This document shows, in pieces, positions 8,562 to 16,234 of a stretch of DNA of 32,839 nt. The stretch is from a virus. The notes under the pieces are model-generated. The model saw nothing but the letters and a program-made list of their open reading frames with translations, searched no databases and had not been told where the DNA came from. Position 1 is the first letter of the stretch. Each line of letters starts with the position of its first letter. Both the position numbers and the translations under genes were made by a program. The stretch covers positions 1 through 32,839 of the IMG/VR virus record IMGVR_UViG_3300009515_000014. One strand, written 5' to 3'.

Positions 8562-10801
8562 TGGCTTTCAAGCTAAGCGAAAGAGCGATAGTAGCATCAC
8601 AAAAACCTAATGTAGAGCCTCAATTGATTCTTGAAATCGAGGGTGTGTCTACTGTGTACGGTGCTATTGCAGTGAAGCGCTTTCTTCGCTATGGCGACGA
8701 TGTAGAATACGGAGATTCTGGGCTCGTCTATGGTGGATTCATAGAGGAAGAAGATTCAGAAAGCTTCATCTCATTTGATTCGGGAACTTCCACAACCATT
8801 AGACAAACACTAGACCCAGACAAAGGCCGTGGTGTAACAGTCTCCAGCCTTCAGATAGCATTGATAGACAAAGATCAGAAGATCACAAAGCTAATCACTC
8901 CAGGTGAAATAGTCGCAGATATATTGGGAAGAAAGGCTAGGGTGTGGTTTGGTTTTGCTGACACTGCCTACCCTCAGGACTTTTTTATTTTACATCGCGG
9001 TATTATAGACACCATTCAGTCAGATGCTGGCGCTGTGTTGCTAACGATTGCACACCCAGAATCCAAGAAGCGGCAGAGTCTATGGGATAAGAAAGACACT
9101 CTCTTAGATGGATCGATCGGCTCAGGGGATACGACTATCACAGTAGACGATGCCACTGAGTTCTTCGCGCCAGTTGCTGGCCCAGATGCTAGCTTTGATA
9201 GTTCGATAATCTATGGGCTAAGAATTTCAAACGAGGTCATGACATACACAGGTAAGACTGGAACAACTTTCACAGGGGTCACACGTGGCGTTCTTGGTAC
9301 GAGTGCTGTTGCACATTCAAATAATGAAAACGTTGAAGCGTTTGTCCAGCTTGAAGGGAATGCTGTTGATCTGGCTCTTAAAGTTATGTTTTCTGGGAGC
9401 AATGGCAATTGGGTTAGCGGGGTTGATGTCACTAACTTCAATCGCATTGATGCCACGACTCTTATATCTAATACAATCTTTTTTGACGCCATAGACATAG
9501 AAGAAATATATGGCTTAGTTGTAGGTGATTATGTCACAACCATCGCCGCAGCTTCTGGATCTAACAATGTCACAAACAAAGAAATCATAGGCATCAACGT
9601 TCTAGACGATGGTTCTTATTTAACTATCGATGGAGTTTCTTTTGTCGAAGAAATAGGAACCTCTGCTACTGTAGGATTCAGGTCACAGTATGATACCTTG
9701 GGCGAAGGGCTAGCATTAGGGGCAGATGAAGTGGACGTTGAGCAGCATCTATTTGTTCAAAGGTCTTTTGTCCCTAGCTTCAATTATTTGTTTTACATCA
9801 AGGACACTATAGACAACGCCAAAGAGTTCATCGAGAATCAGCTCTACAAACCGTTCTCTGGTTTTTCGATACCCAGAAAAAGCAAGAACTCAATCGGCAT
9901 ACACTCTGCACCGATACCAACACAAGACACAAAGATTATCACCAAAGACAGAGCGAAGCGGCCTGCTCAGCTAAAGCTATCTAGGAGCATCAATAAGAAC
10001 TTCGAGAACACTGTCATCTATAAGTTTGAAGATCAGCCTTTAGAAGACAGAACTATCAGAGGACTTCTGAAGACAGATGCCACTAGCTTAGGTCAAATCC
10101 CTGTTGGACAAAAGTCTACCATTATTCCAGCACTGGGTATGCGTACAGCGAAAGGCGCTGACACTCTCATAGATCAGGCTCAAACGAGGCGCTTGAATAG
10201 ATACTCTCTAGGCGCTGAGAGTTACGATATTTCAATATTCATGAAGTCAGGTTTCAATGCAGAGATCGGCGACATGGTGGTGATAGATGGAGATGGTCTT
10301 CAGATGTCGGACACTGACACGGGTTTGCGCGGTCGTCCTGCTGAGATCTTAGAGATCAAGAACAAGGTCTTCAACGTTAGAACAGGGAACGTGGTTCTGT
10401 CGGTCATAGCGACCGGTTTCGCGGGCTCTAGTCGCTTTGCAGTCATTGGCCCTAGTTCTCGCATAGCGGCTGGCATATCAACGACTAGCTTCACCATAGA
10501 GGCGTTCTATGGATCAGGCCGCTTCGGGACTAATGAGTTCTTCAAATGGGATAAGTTCACAGATCCAGAAGTAAGAATTCATAATGCTGATTTCTCAAAT
10601 GACGCAACTGCTACATTGACAGGCATAGCTGGCAACACGTTCACAGTTGACGTGAGCCTAGGTTTCACGCCTGCTGCTGGCGATATCATTGAACTGGCAA
10701 AGTATTCGACACCGAACACAGCACAAGTTAAACTACTTTACGCATGGATGATTGACGCTGCTACATTCGCAGACGGTGGCAGTCAATATGGAATGTTCTA
10801 A
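8561..10801 (+). CDS. Large tail-tip / host-specificity (hub or central fibre) protein
   Basis: 746 aa, largest gene downstream of TMP, TAGTG overlap start; size and position only. Confidence 0.55.
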   Translation: MAFKLSERAIVASQKPNVEPQLILEIEGVSTVYGAIAVKRFLRYGDDVEYGDSGLVYGGFIEEEDSESFISFDSGTSTTIRQTLDPDKGRGVTVSSLQIALIDKDQKITKLITPGEIVADILGRKARVWFGFADTAYPQDFFILHRGIIDTIQSDAGAVLLTIAHPESKKRQSLWDKKDTLLDGSIGSGDTTITVDDATEFFAPVAGPDASFDSSIIYGLRISNEVMTYTGKTGTTFTGVTRGVLGTSAVAHSNNENVEAFVQLEGNAVDLALKVMFSGSNGNWVSGVDVTNFNRIDATTLISNTIFFDAIDIEEIYGLVVGDYVTTIAAASGSNNVTNKEIIGINVLDDGSYLTIDGVSFVEEIGTSATVGFRSQYDTLGEGLALGADEVDVEQHLFVQRSFVPSFNYLFYIKDTIDNAKEFIENQLYKPFSGFSIPRKSKNSIGIHSAPIPTQDTKIITKDRAKRPAQLKLSRSINKNFENTVIYKFEDQPLEDRTIRGLLKTDATSLGQIPVGQKSTIIPALGMRTAKGADTLIDQAQTRRLNRYSLGAESYDISIFMKSGFNAEIGDMVVIDGDGLQMSDTDTGLRGRPAEILEIKNKVFNVRTGNVVLSVIATGFAGSSRFAVIGPSSRIAAGISTTSFTIEAFYGSGRFGTNEFFKWDKFTDPEVRIHNADFSNDATATLTGIAGNTFTVDVSLGFTPAAGDIIELAKYSTPNTAQVKLLYAWMIDAATFADGGSQYGMF

Positions 10802-10812
10802 GGGAGGCCACG

Positions 10813-11559
10813 ATGGCTGATTTACCAGATGGACCACTAGTCAAAATGAATGATGTCGAGGTCGACTTCGAAGCCGGTCTCTCTGAAGCCCTATTCGATA
10901 AGATGGGAAAAAACATCAACGGCTTGATAGCGCGTGGAATCTTCACAACTCAAGTCTTCACAGCGAGTGGATCATTCACGAAGCCAACGGGCGTTGGGTA
11001 TCTTTGGGTTTGGCTCGCAGGCGGCGGTGGAGCAGGTGGAGCAGGCGGCGGTGGTATCGCGGGACAAGGCGGACAAGGCGCAGTTCCGGTTCTAACTCTT
11101 GTTGATATCACGGCAGAAGGTGACCCGATTACGGTAACAATTGGGTCGGGCGGGGCATCGTCTGGCGCGAATGGTGGCAACACTGTTTTTGGATCTTTAC
11201 TGACGGCTCCAGGTGCGAACGGTGGAGCCACCGGCGGTTCTGAAAACACGACAGATCTAGCAATTGCTGGATCATTCAAATCTAACGGCGGTCAGGGTGG
11301 AGATCCAGGCGGCGGTGGTGGAAATTCCACAAGTGGTCAAGCATCACTCTTTGCAGCCGGTGGAGTCGCTCTACTTACAAACAACACAGGCGGCGGAGGC
11401 GGTGGTGGAATCGGAGCAGGCGGCGCGGGTGGAACTGCAAGTGGAGCAGGCGGCGCAGGTGGAATCTCAGCAGGCGGCGGAGGCGGTGGCAACGTTGGCT
11501 CTCCAGCAGGCGGAGCAGGCGGCGACGGCATAGTCGTAGTGGGGTATGTCCAGGCGTAA
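10813..11559 (+). CDS. Glycine-rich tail fibre / receptor-binding candidate
   Basis: FTASGSFTKPTGVGYLWVWLAGGGGAGGAGGGG...VTIGSGG...GG runs...GIVVVGY matches the phage glycine-rich fibre domain pattern. Confidence 0.6.
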   Translation: MADLPDGPLVKMNDVEVDFEAGLSEALFDKMGKNINGLIARGIFTTQVFTASGSFTKPTGVGYLWVWLAGGGGAGGAGGGGIAGQGGQGAVPVLTLVDITAEGDPITVTIGSGGASSGANGGNTVFGSLLTAPGANGGATGGSENTTDLAIAGSFKSNGGQGGDPGGGGGNSTSGQASLFAAGGVALLTNNTGGGGGGGIGAGGAGGTASGAGGAGGISAGGGGGGNVGSPAGGAGGDGIVVVGYVQA

Positions 11560-11999
11560 TGGCAAATTATTCTAAACCTGAAAAGCTAGTCGAAACGGAC
11601 GTGATGTGTTGGCTGAAAAGTAATGGGTTTAGTTGTCATGTGGTCGAATCAAAAGCTGTTTATTCTAAAGCTGCGGGGAGATACCTTAGAGGTATGGCAG
11701 CCAGGGGATTCTTAGACATAGTTGGAAACGACAAGCTAGGGGCAGCATGTTTCATTGAGCTCAAGGCCAAAGGGAAGAGATCAACACTCAGACCTGCTCA
11801 GCATGAATTCATCATAGATAAGATATGCACAAACGCTTTCGCTGTAGTGGTAGACTCTGCCGAACTACTATCTAGCTATTATGAGAAGTGGAACCATCTT
11901 CGCTTCAAGGATTCTGCGATGGCGCAGGAGTATCTACAAAGTATAATTCCACACAGTAAGAAAAAAAGGGCTAACCCACTAGACGCATTTGAGGTTTGA
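11559..11999 (+). CDS. VRR-NUC family (PD-(D/E)xK) nuclease
   Basis: TAATG overlap start; GFLDIVGNDKLGAACFIELKAKGKRSTLRPAQHEFI fits the D...E-x-K...Q VRR-NUC core. Confidence 0.65.
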   Translation: MANYSKPEKLVETDVMCWLKSNGFSCHVVESKAVYSKAAGRYLRGMAARGFLDIVGNDKLGAACFIELKAKGKRSTLRPAQHEFIIDKICTNAFAVVVDSAELLSSYYEKWNHLRFKDSAMAQEYLQSIIPHSKKKRANPLDAFEV

Positions 12000-12435
12000 G
12001 TCTGAACCTCAAGAGTTCTCGCAACACATTCGGACAAATGCCAGGGCAAAGCTTTCCAGGGTCGAACTCTCTGTGCCCAAAGAATCTATCCGGCGTTATC
12101 CCATGCCTAAGATATATCGACCCGTAGAGAGTTATCAATGAAGCTATCTGTTTTTCCGTCATTGAGTTTCTGCCAGCGTAGGCTATGCCGATCGAGTTCT
12201 TATTCATTCCGCCTTTCTTGCAGTGGGCACCAACTGAACTTTCTGGCCTGCCAGGTTCGACTGTTCCATCGCATTTGATAATCCAGTGATAGCCGCAATG
12301 AACGCCTGAAGCTGGATCTTTCCACCCATTGTCTGCATGCCAGCGATTGACTTGATTGAATCCATAGGCGTTGCTATAGTTTGGAGAATCAAGGCAGTGA
12401 AACACTATGGAGTCTATCTTTCTTTCAGTGGACAT
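11971..12435 (-). CDS. N-acetylmuramoyl-L-alanine amidase (Amidase_2/PGRP, T7-lysozyme-like) endolysin
   Basis: IVFHCLDSP...VNRWHADNGW...GYHWIIKCDGTVEPGRP...GAHCKKGGMNKNSIGIAYAG...GHREFDPGKLCPG are the hallmark amidase_2 blocks. Confidence 0.85.
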   Translation of the reverse strand: MSTERKIDSIVFHCLDSPNYSNAYGFNQVNRWHADNGWKDPASGVHCGYHWIIKCDGTVEPGRPESSVGAHCKKGGMNKNSIGIAYAGRNSMTEKQIASLITLYGSIYLRHGITPDRFFGHREFDPGKLCPGICPNVLRELLRFRLKPQMRLVG

Positions 12436-12619
12436 AAGTGCAATTCCCCCAAGGTACTGGGCTCAATAAAACTACTTCAGCCCATTCGATGATTCCGTCT
12501 TCCCATTTCACCTTTGCCATTATAGACCCCTTCGACAGGCTAATCACTATGACTTTTTCGTTTCCTATATACAGATGATCACCTAGTTTGATCATAGGGG
12601 TCTTCTGTTTCTTTCTCAT
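12425..12619 (-). CDS. Hypothetical small beta-rich protein (64 aa)
   Basis: ATG at 12619 forms an ATGA overlap with the upstream stop; the 3' end overlaps the amidase start by 11 nt. Confidence 0.5.
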   Translation of the reverse strand: MRKKQKTPMIKLGDHLYIGNEKVIVISLSKGSIMAKVKWEDGIIEWAEVVLLSPVPWGNCTYVH

Positions 12620-13029
12620 CTCAGAGACTTGATGAAGTAATGAACTCTGCCCTCGACCCATGGGTTTTGTGGATAATAGAAATGAAAGCCCGTTCTTATT
12701 AAATTAGCTATTGATCTGTGATTGTCTAGAGTGGTGTAGGTGACGACATCTTTAAATCCATTTCTTCTGGCCCAAAGAACTCTCCAGTTGATTGAGTCTC
12801 TATGAAAGCCAGCCCCATGGACGAAGGTCGCAGAGGTAGCTAGAAAGACAGTTGTCGGATCATGTGCCGGAGTGCTGACAGAGCAGAAACCTATCGTCTT
12901 GTATCCTTCATCTTTGATTAGCCAACAGGTGTCGCTTGGGAAGTCTCTCATTGTATCGGAGGGGAATGCTCGTCGATACATATTCGATAGGGCTTGATAG
13001 TCTTTTGTGATTTTAAATCTAGCCAGCAT
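12616..13029 (-). CDS. GNAT-like N-acetyltransferase candidate
   Basis: ATG at 13029 overlaps the upstream TAA (TAATG); FVHGAGFHRDSINWRVLWARRNGFKDVVTYTTLDNHRSIANLIRTGFHF resembles GNAT motifs A/B. Confidence 0.5.
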   Translation of the reverse strand: MLARFKITKDYQALSNMYRRAFPSDTMRDFPSDTCWLIKDEGYKTIGFCSVSTPAHDPTTVFLATSATFVHGAGFHRDSINWRVLWARRNGFKDVVTYTTLDNHRSIANLIRTGFHFYYPQNPWVEGRVHYFIKSLR

Positions 13030-13721
13030 TACAGCTTCCCCGTCCACCTTCCGTACTTGTCTAGCATCATAGGGATAAAGTGCGGGATGCCATTTAGAAC
13101 TATGCCAGTGCCCAGAATAGGCTTCACTCGAATGGTCTTACCATAAGCGAATGCATAGGCATTCTTGTCTATAAGGCACCCCGTATTCATTCCAAAAATA
13201 AGTCTGTCATGACAGGCGACATATTGAATCCCAGCATAGGAGTGAATGTGTCCTATGACAGTTGATCTCATGTTTTGAACAGCGGCCTTTGTGGCTCCGT
13301 ATTGGCCAGAGACTCCTTCGCCGTGTTCATATTTTACTTCGTCTATAATCCAAGAGTCTCTCCACTCCCATCCTTTTGGAGCCTCCATGAATTCCTTGTA
13401 AGACTTCAGAAACTTCTTTGGGATGCCTGCTTTGAATGCTCGCTTCAATGGTCGGACAGTATGGTTTGAAGTGCAGGCTTTGACCTTTGGGAAGATCTTA
13501 TAGAGTTCGTGCATGAACGCGAGTGCCGCGTCTAGCTCGTGTCCTGCGCTGAATCCATCGGGGTCTGAATCCCACTGGCCTAAAGCATGACAGTCAACTT
13601 CGTCACCCATACAAACAACTTCGTGCGGTTTGTATTGACCCTTCATTGTCTTGAGGAAGTCTATAGTATCTAGATGGTGGAATGGGGCTTGAATATCACT
13701 AAGAGCGAGAACGTTAGCCAT
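13029..13721 (-). CDS. Calcineurin-like metallophosphoesterase
   Basis: Ordered motifs LSDIQAPFHH, MGDEVD, TSNHTVRP, IGHIHS. Confidence 0.8.
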   Translation of the reverse strand: MANVLALSDIQAPFHHLDTIDFLKTMKGQYKPHEVVCMGDEVDCHALGQWDSDPDGFSAGHELDAALAFMHELYKIFPKVKACTSNHTVRPLKRAFKAGIPKKFLKSYKEFMEAPKGWEWRDSWIIDEVKYEHGEGVSGQYGATKAAVQNMRSTVIGHIHSYAGIQYVACHDRLIFGMNTGCLIDKNAYAFAYGKTIRVKPILGTGIVLNGIPHFIPMMLDKYGRWTGKL

Positions 13722-13727
13722 GCCCGA

Positions 13728-13736
13728 ATTATATCA
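13728..13736 (-). promoter_or_regulatory. Extended -10-like element TGATATAAT 6 nt upstream of an SD-less ATG (possible leaderless transcript)
   Basis: Minus strand reads ...AATTGATATAATTCGGGCATG; no SD at functional spacing. Confidence 0.3.
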
Positions 13737-13774
13737 ATTATTTAGTTCTGAGTGACTGGACCTTGGACTAGAAC

Positions 13775-13815
13775 TTGGGGCCTAGAGAAGACTGGAAAGA
13801 CAACTCTGACCCCAA
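13775..13815. repeat. Imperfect inverted repeat (possible terminator or operator) in the 97-bp intergenic gap
   Basis: TTGGGG-CCT-AGAG...16 nt...CTCT-GA-CCCCAA; no U-tract follows. Confidence 0.3.
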
Positions 13816-13818
13816 TTT

Positions 13819-14058
13819 CTAGAGATCGACACCGCAATTAAGTGGCGATTCAATCTCCAACACTTTGCCAACTTTGGCAAGGTTTTTTGCTAACATTGGG
13901 CGGCCGTGGTGTTCAAGTTCCCAGATGGCGGTTCTAGATACGCCGCTCCGTTCTGCTAGCTCTGTGTAGGTGATATCTTTTTCTGTTCTTGCAGCTCTTA
14001 GTTCTTCGCCAAAAGCTGCGATCAGATCCTTTTCATTCTGTGAAAGTCTGCGGGGCAT
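13819..14058 (-). CDS. XRE-family helix-turn-helix transcriptional regulator
   Basis: FGEELRAARTEKDITYTELAERSGVSRTAIWELEHHGRPMLAKNLAKVGKVLEI fits HTH_3. Confidence 0.8.
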   Translation of the reverse strand: MPRRLSQNEKDLIAAFGEELRAARTEKDITYTELAERSGVSRTAIWELEHHGRPMLAKNLAKVGKVLEIESPLNCGVDL

Positions 14059-14251
14059 AGTCCTTGTCTCCTACGTATTCGCCTGGACAATATTCGTGAA
14101 AGGTTCTATTAGTCCATACTTTCGCAGGGTAGACAACCTTGCAAACGCGGCAAACATGCCCCGCCATATATCCGATATCCACAGAATGAAATTGATTAGG
14201 CCTTTTTTTTGTGGCGATTTTGCATTCTTTGCATTTGATCCCATACCCCAT
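14033..14251 (-). CDS. Small zinc-ribbon protein (72 aa)
   Basis: Start moved to the internal ATG 14251, preceded by GGAG inside the upstream gene end; CKEC ... CRVC pairs. Confidence 0.55.
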   Translation of the reverse strand: MGYGIKCKECKIATKKRPNQFHSVDIGYMAGHVCRVCKVVYPAKVWTNRTFHEYCPGEYVGDKDYAPQTFTE

Positions 14252-14256
14252 GATCA

Positions 14257-14595
14257 CTAGAACTCCTTTAGAAAGAACGGGAAGGCTAGCCCCAATGGTA
14301 CGCCCGTAGAGCCCGCATAGAGCTCGTTTCTGTTGAACCCTTGATCTGATCTGTCTTTGGCTACTTGAACCAGCACAGCCCCTGTGAGCGTGATCAAAGT
14401 CGCTGTCCACATGGCGTCTCGCTTATTCATTGAGAACCACTTTCTCGCTGCACGGTAAGTGCCGACAGTCACACCCATAGCTATAGTCGTATGTGCGTAT
14501 AGTCTGGAATCGTTGAAAGACGTTTGCGCCGCCTGTGTACTAGTAGAGAATGCAATTGTACTAGAAACTAGTATGCTTATTAATAGTGCTTTCAT
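14257..14595 (-). CDS. Exported membrane protein (signal peptide plus hydrophobic segments)
   Basis: MKALLISILVSSTIAFSTSTQA/AQ signal-like N-terminus; later TATLITLTGAVLVQV and GVPLGLAFPFF. Confidence 0.6.
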   Translation of the reverse strand: MKALLISILVSSTIAFSTSTQAAQTSFNDSRLYAHTTIAMGVTVGTYRAARKWFSMNKRDAMWTATLITLTGAVLVQVAKDRSDQGFNRNELYAGSTGVPLGLAFPFFLKEF

Positions 14596-14607
14596 TCAAG
14601 CCACTCC

Positions 14608-14997
14608 TTAGATAATCTCCTTTCGATTGATAAGGAGATCGTTATAGTTCTTTTTGCCTTGTCGATCATAGAGCTCAATGATCCATCTGCCATATTTGCC
14701 CTTTTTGATTGGGCAGACAATAACGTTGTTCTTGTCTTGACGCAACAGGTTTTGCAGCCTTTCCTTTGCTGCTATGCCTCGTATCTTCTCGGCCTTGTCT
14801 CGTGTCCTGGTTTCGGGCGCATTGTAACGCGCTAATCTGCCCCTTTCATGCACCATAACGTTGAAACCTAGAATGACAATCATATCGATAGTGTCGCCGT
14901 CTATGACTCTTTCAACGTTTGCATACCTGCATGTGATGATCATCGCCTGCGCAAAGTTCATGCCAAAGCTAACGCAAAGGGCTAAAATATACTTCAT
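14608..14997 (-). CDS. Staphylococcal-nuclease-like thermonuclease (SNase) with N-terminal signal peptide
   Basis: MKYILALCVSFGMNFAQA signal; VERVIDGDTID, RLARYNAPET, KYGRWIIEL match the SNase core blocks. Confidence 0.8.
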   Translation of the reverse strand: MKYILALCVSFGMNFAQAMIITCRYANVERVIDGDTIDMIVILGFNVMVHERGRLARYNAPETRTRDKAEKIRGIAAKERLQNLLRQDKNNVIVCPIKKGKYGRWIIELYDRQGKKNYNDLLINRKEII

Positions 14998-15232
14998 CCT
15001 TGAGCCTCCTTAGATATTTTTTGATTTCACCTGTGTCTTTTGGACTGAAGCAGTTGAAGCCCCTCATGTGCTCCACGGGCTTCATGCTATATGATCCGTC
15101 CTTGAGCGTACAATCGGCCACAGTTCTGTTGATTATGGCGCAAGGCTCTACTTCTGGCGCTGGGATACTGACACAGCTACTCGAAGATATCATCGCGCAG
15201 GCGGCGACTAGACTCCTTAAGGGCTTCTTCAT
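14969..15232 (-). CDS. Small exported Cys-containing lipoprotein-like protein
   Basis: MKKPLRSLVAACAMISSSSC then Pro-rich VSIPAPEVEPC; starts inside the 3' end of the upstream gene in another frame; start uncertain (GTG 15259 possible). Confidence 0.5.
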   Translation of the reverse strand: MKKPLRSLVAACAMISSSSCVSIPAPEVEPCAIINRTVADCTLKDGSYSMKPVEHMRGFNCFSPKDTGEIKKYLRRLKDEVYFSPLR

Positions 15233-15374
15233 CCCCACTATCCACAGACTTTTCAACACTCTCCACTTCCTTGTCGACCTTCTTATTATACCTCATAACA
15301 CGAGAAAACTTGACCCAAAATTGAGCGAGCCTTTTGGCTAGGAATGTAAGGAGCTGAGATAGAATCACGTTCAT
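15177..15374 (-). CDS. Hypothetical 65-aa protein, amphipathic N-terminus and acidic C-terminus
   Basis: ATGA overlap with upstream stop (15371..15374) suggests translational coupling. Confidence 0.45.
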   Translation of the reverse strand: MNVILSQLLTFLAKRLAQFWVKFSRVMRYNKKVDKEVESVEKSVDSGDEEALKESSRRLRDDIFE

Positions 15375-16234
15375 AGATACTTCTCAACCAGGGGGGCGCA
15401 GAGTTTATCGAGTGGTGGCGCGTGACTCTCAGGTCTGAAGTAACTAATGAGGCAGGCTTGTGCGGGGTGAACTCTCGAAGGGATACGTGGTTTGTCTCTT
15501 CCATACCAAGTGTCATAGACGGGGTTCAGTCTTAGTCTATAGATGCGCTTTGCTAACCATGATAATGGCGTTGGTAGGTAGATTGAAGCTTGAATCATCA
15601 TGCAGATCATTTGCAAATCATCGTTATCATTCTTGTCTCTGGACTTGATTACTTTCACTATAGAATTGACGACCAAAAAAGTATCACAGACGAGAACCAC
15701 TGGCCAAAGAACCACCCAGTTGAAGCCCCTAAGGTAACAATTGATGTGATGAGGCAGAGCAAAGTCGGGCAGTTTCCAATGTTTGCCCTCCCATGTTCTG
15801 TCAACGATGCGGGATTTGATAGCTTCATTTTGTTCAACCAAAGTTTCATACTGCCAATTATGCCTCGTGTTCGTATAGAAACCAAACCTTGACAGCAATT
15901 TGACAAACATTTGACAGAGCCTAGACTTCATCCCCCACGCGCCTAGTGCCATTGCAATAGGTAGCTGTTGATCGCGACTTGAAGTCTTAGGGCTAAAGCC
16001 CCAATGCTTTGGATCTGCTGATCGTCTATAGGTCCCGTCGCTTAGAGAAAGCTTATCCAATGATTTGCTAAACTCCACCCGATGAGGAAGTGCAGTATCA
16101 AAAAGGAGAGCATTACAAAAGAAAAGAAAGCCTGTTCTGTTGCATTGGTCGCCTGAATCTCCATTCTTCTGTCGTATGAGTCCATTAGAATCTTTGAATT
16201 CATTGACTAACTCTAGGGTCATTAAATTGTCCAT
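15371..16234 (-). CDS. Hypothetical 287-aa protein with internal hydrophobic segment(s); function unknown
   Basis: Longest ORF of the region; WVVLWPVVLVCDTFLVVNSIV is TMD-like; no motif recognised. Confidence 0.6.
   Translation of the reverse strand: MDNLMTLELVNEFKDSNGLIRQKNGDSGDQCNRTGFLFFCNALLFDTALPHRVEFSKSLDKLSLSDGTYRRSADPKHWGFSPKTSSRDQQLPIAMALGAWGMKSRLCQMFVKLLSRFGFYTNTRHNWQYETLVEQNEAIKSRIVDRTWEGKHWKLPDFALPHHINCYLRGFNWVVLWPVVLVCDTFLVVNSIVKVIKSRDKNDNDDLQMICMMIQASIYLPTPLSWLAKRIYRLRLNPVYDTWYGRDKPRIPSRVHPAQACLISYFRPESHAPPLDKLCAPLVEKYL

Noticed and set aside
10950-11533. Alternative-frame and antisense ORFs in the glycine-rich fibre gene (10950..11279, 11264..11533, 11337..11531)
   Set aside because: The Pro-rich or Gln/Ala-rich products are the expected by-product of GGC/GGT repeats read in other frames. 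The sense frame has the recognisable fibre pattern.
13970-14260. 96-aa plus-strand ORF
   Set aside because: It is antisense to the HTH and zinc-ribbon genes, with no SD and a low-complexity product.
14252-14410. N-terminal extension of track ORF 14033..14410
   Set aside because: It overlaps the 3' half of the signal-peptide gene 14257..14595 in another frame. An internal ATG at 14251 with a properly spaced GGAG gives a compact zinc-ribbon protein.
15000-15906. Plus-strand and alternative-frame ORFs (15000..15341, 15286..15516, 15460..15648, 15590..15892, 15658..15906)
   Set aside because: They overlap the co-directional, translationally coupled minus-strand genes, and their products show no signals or motifs.
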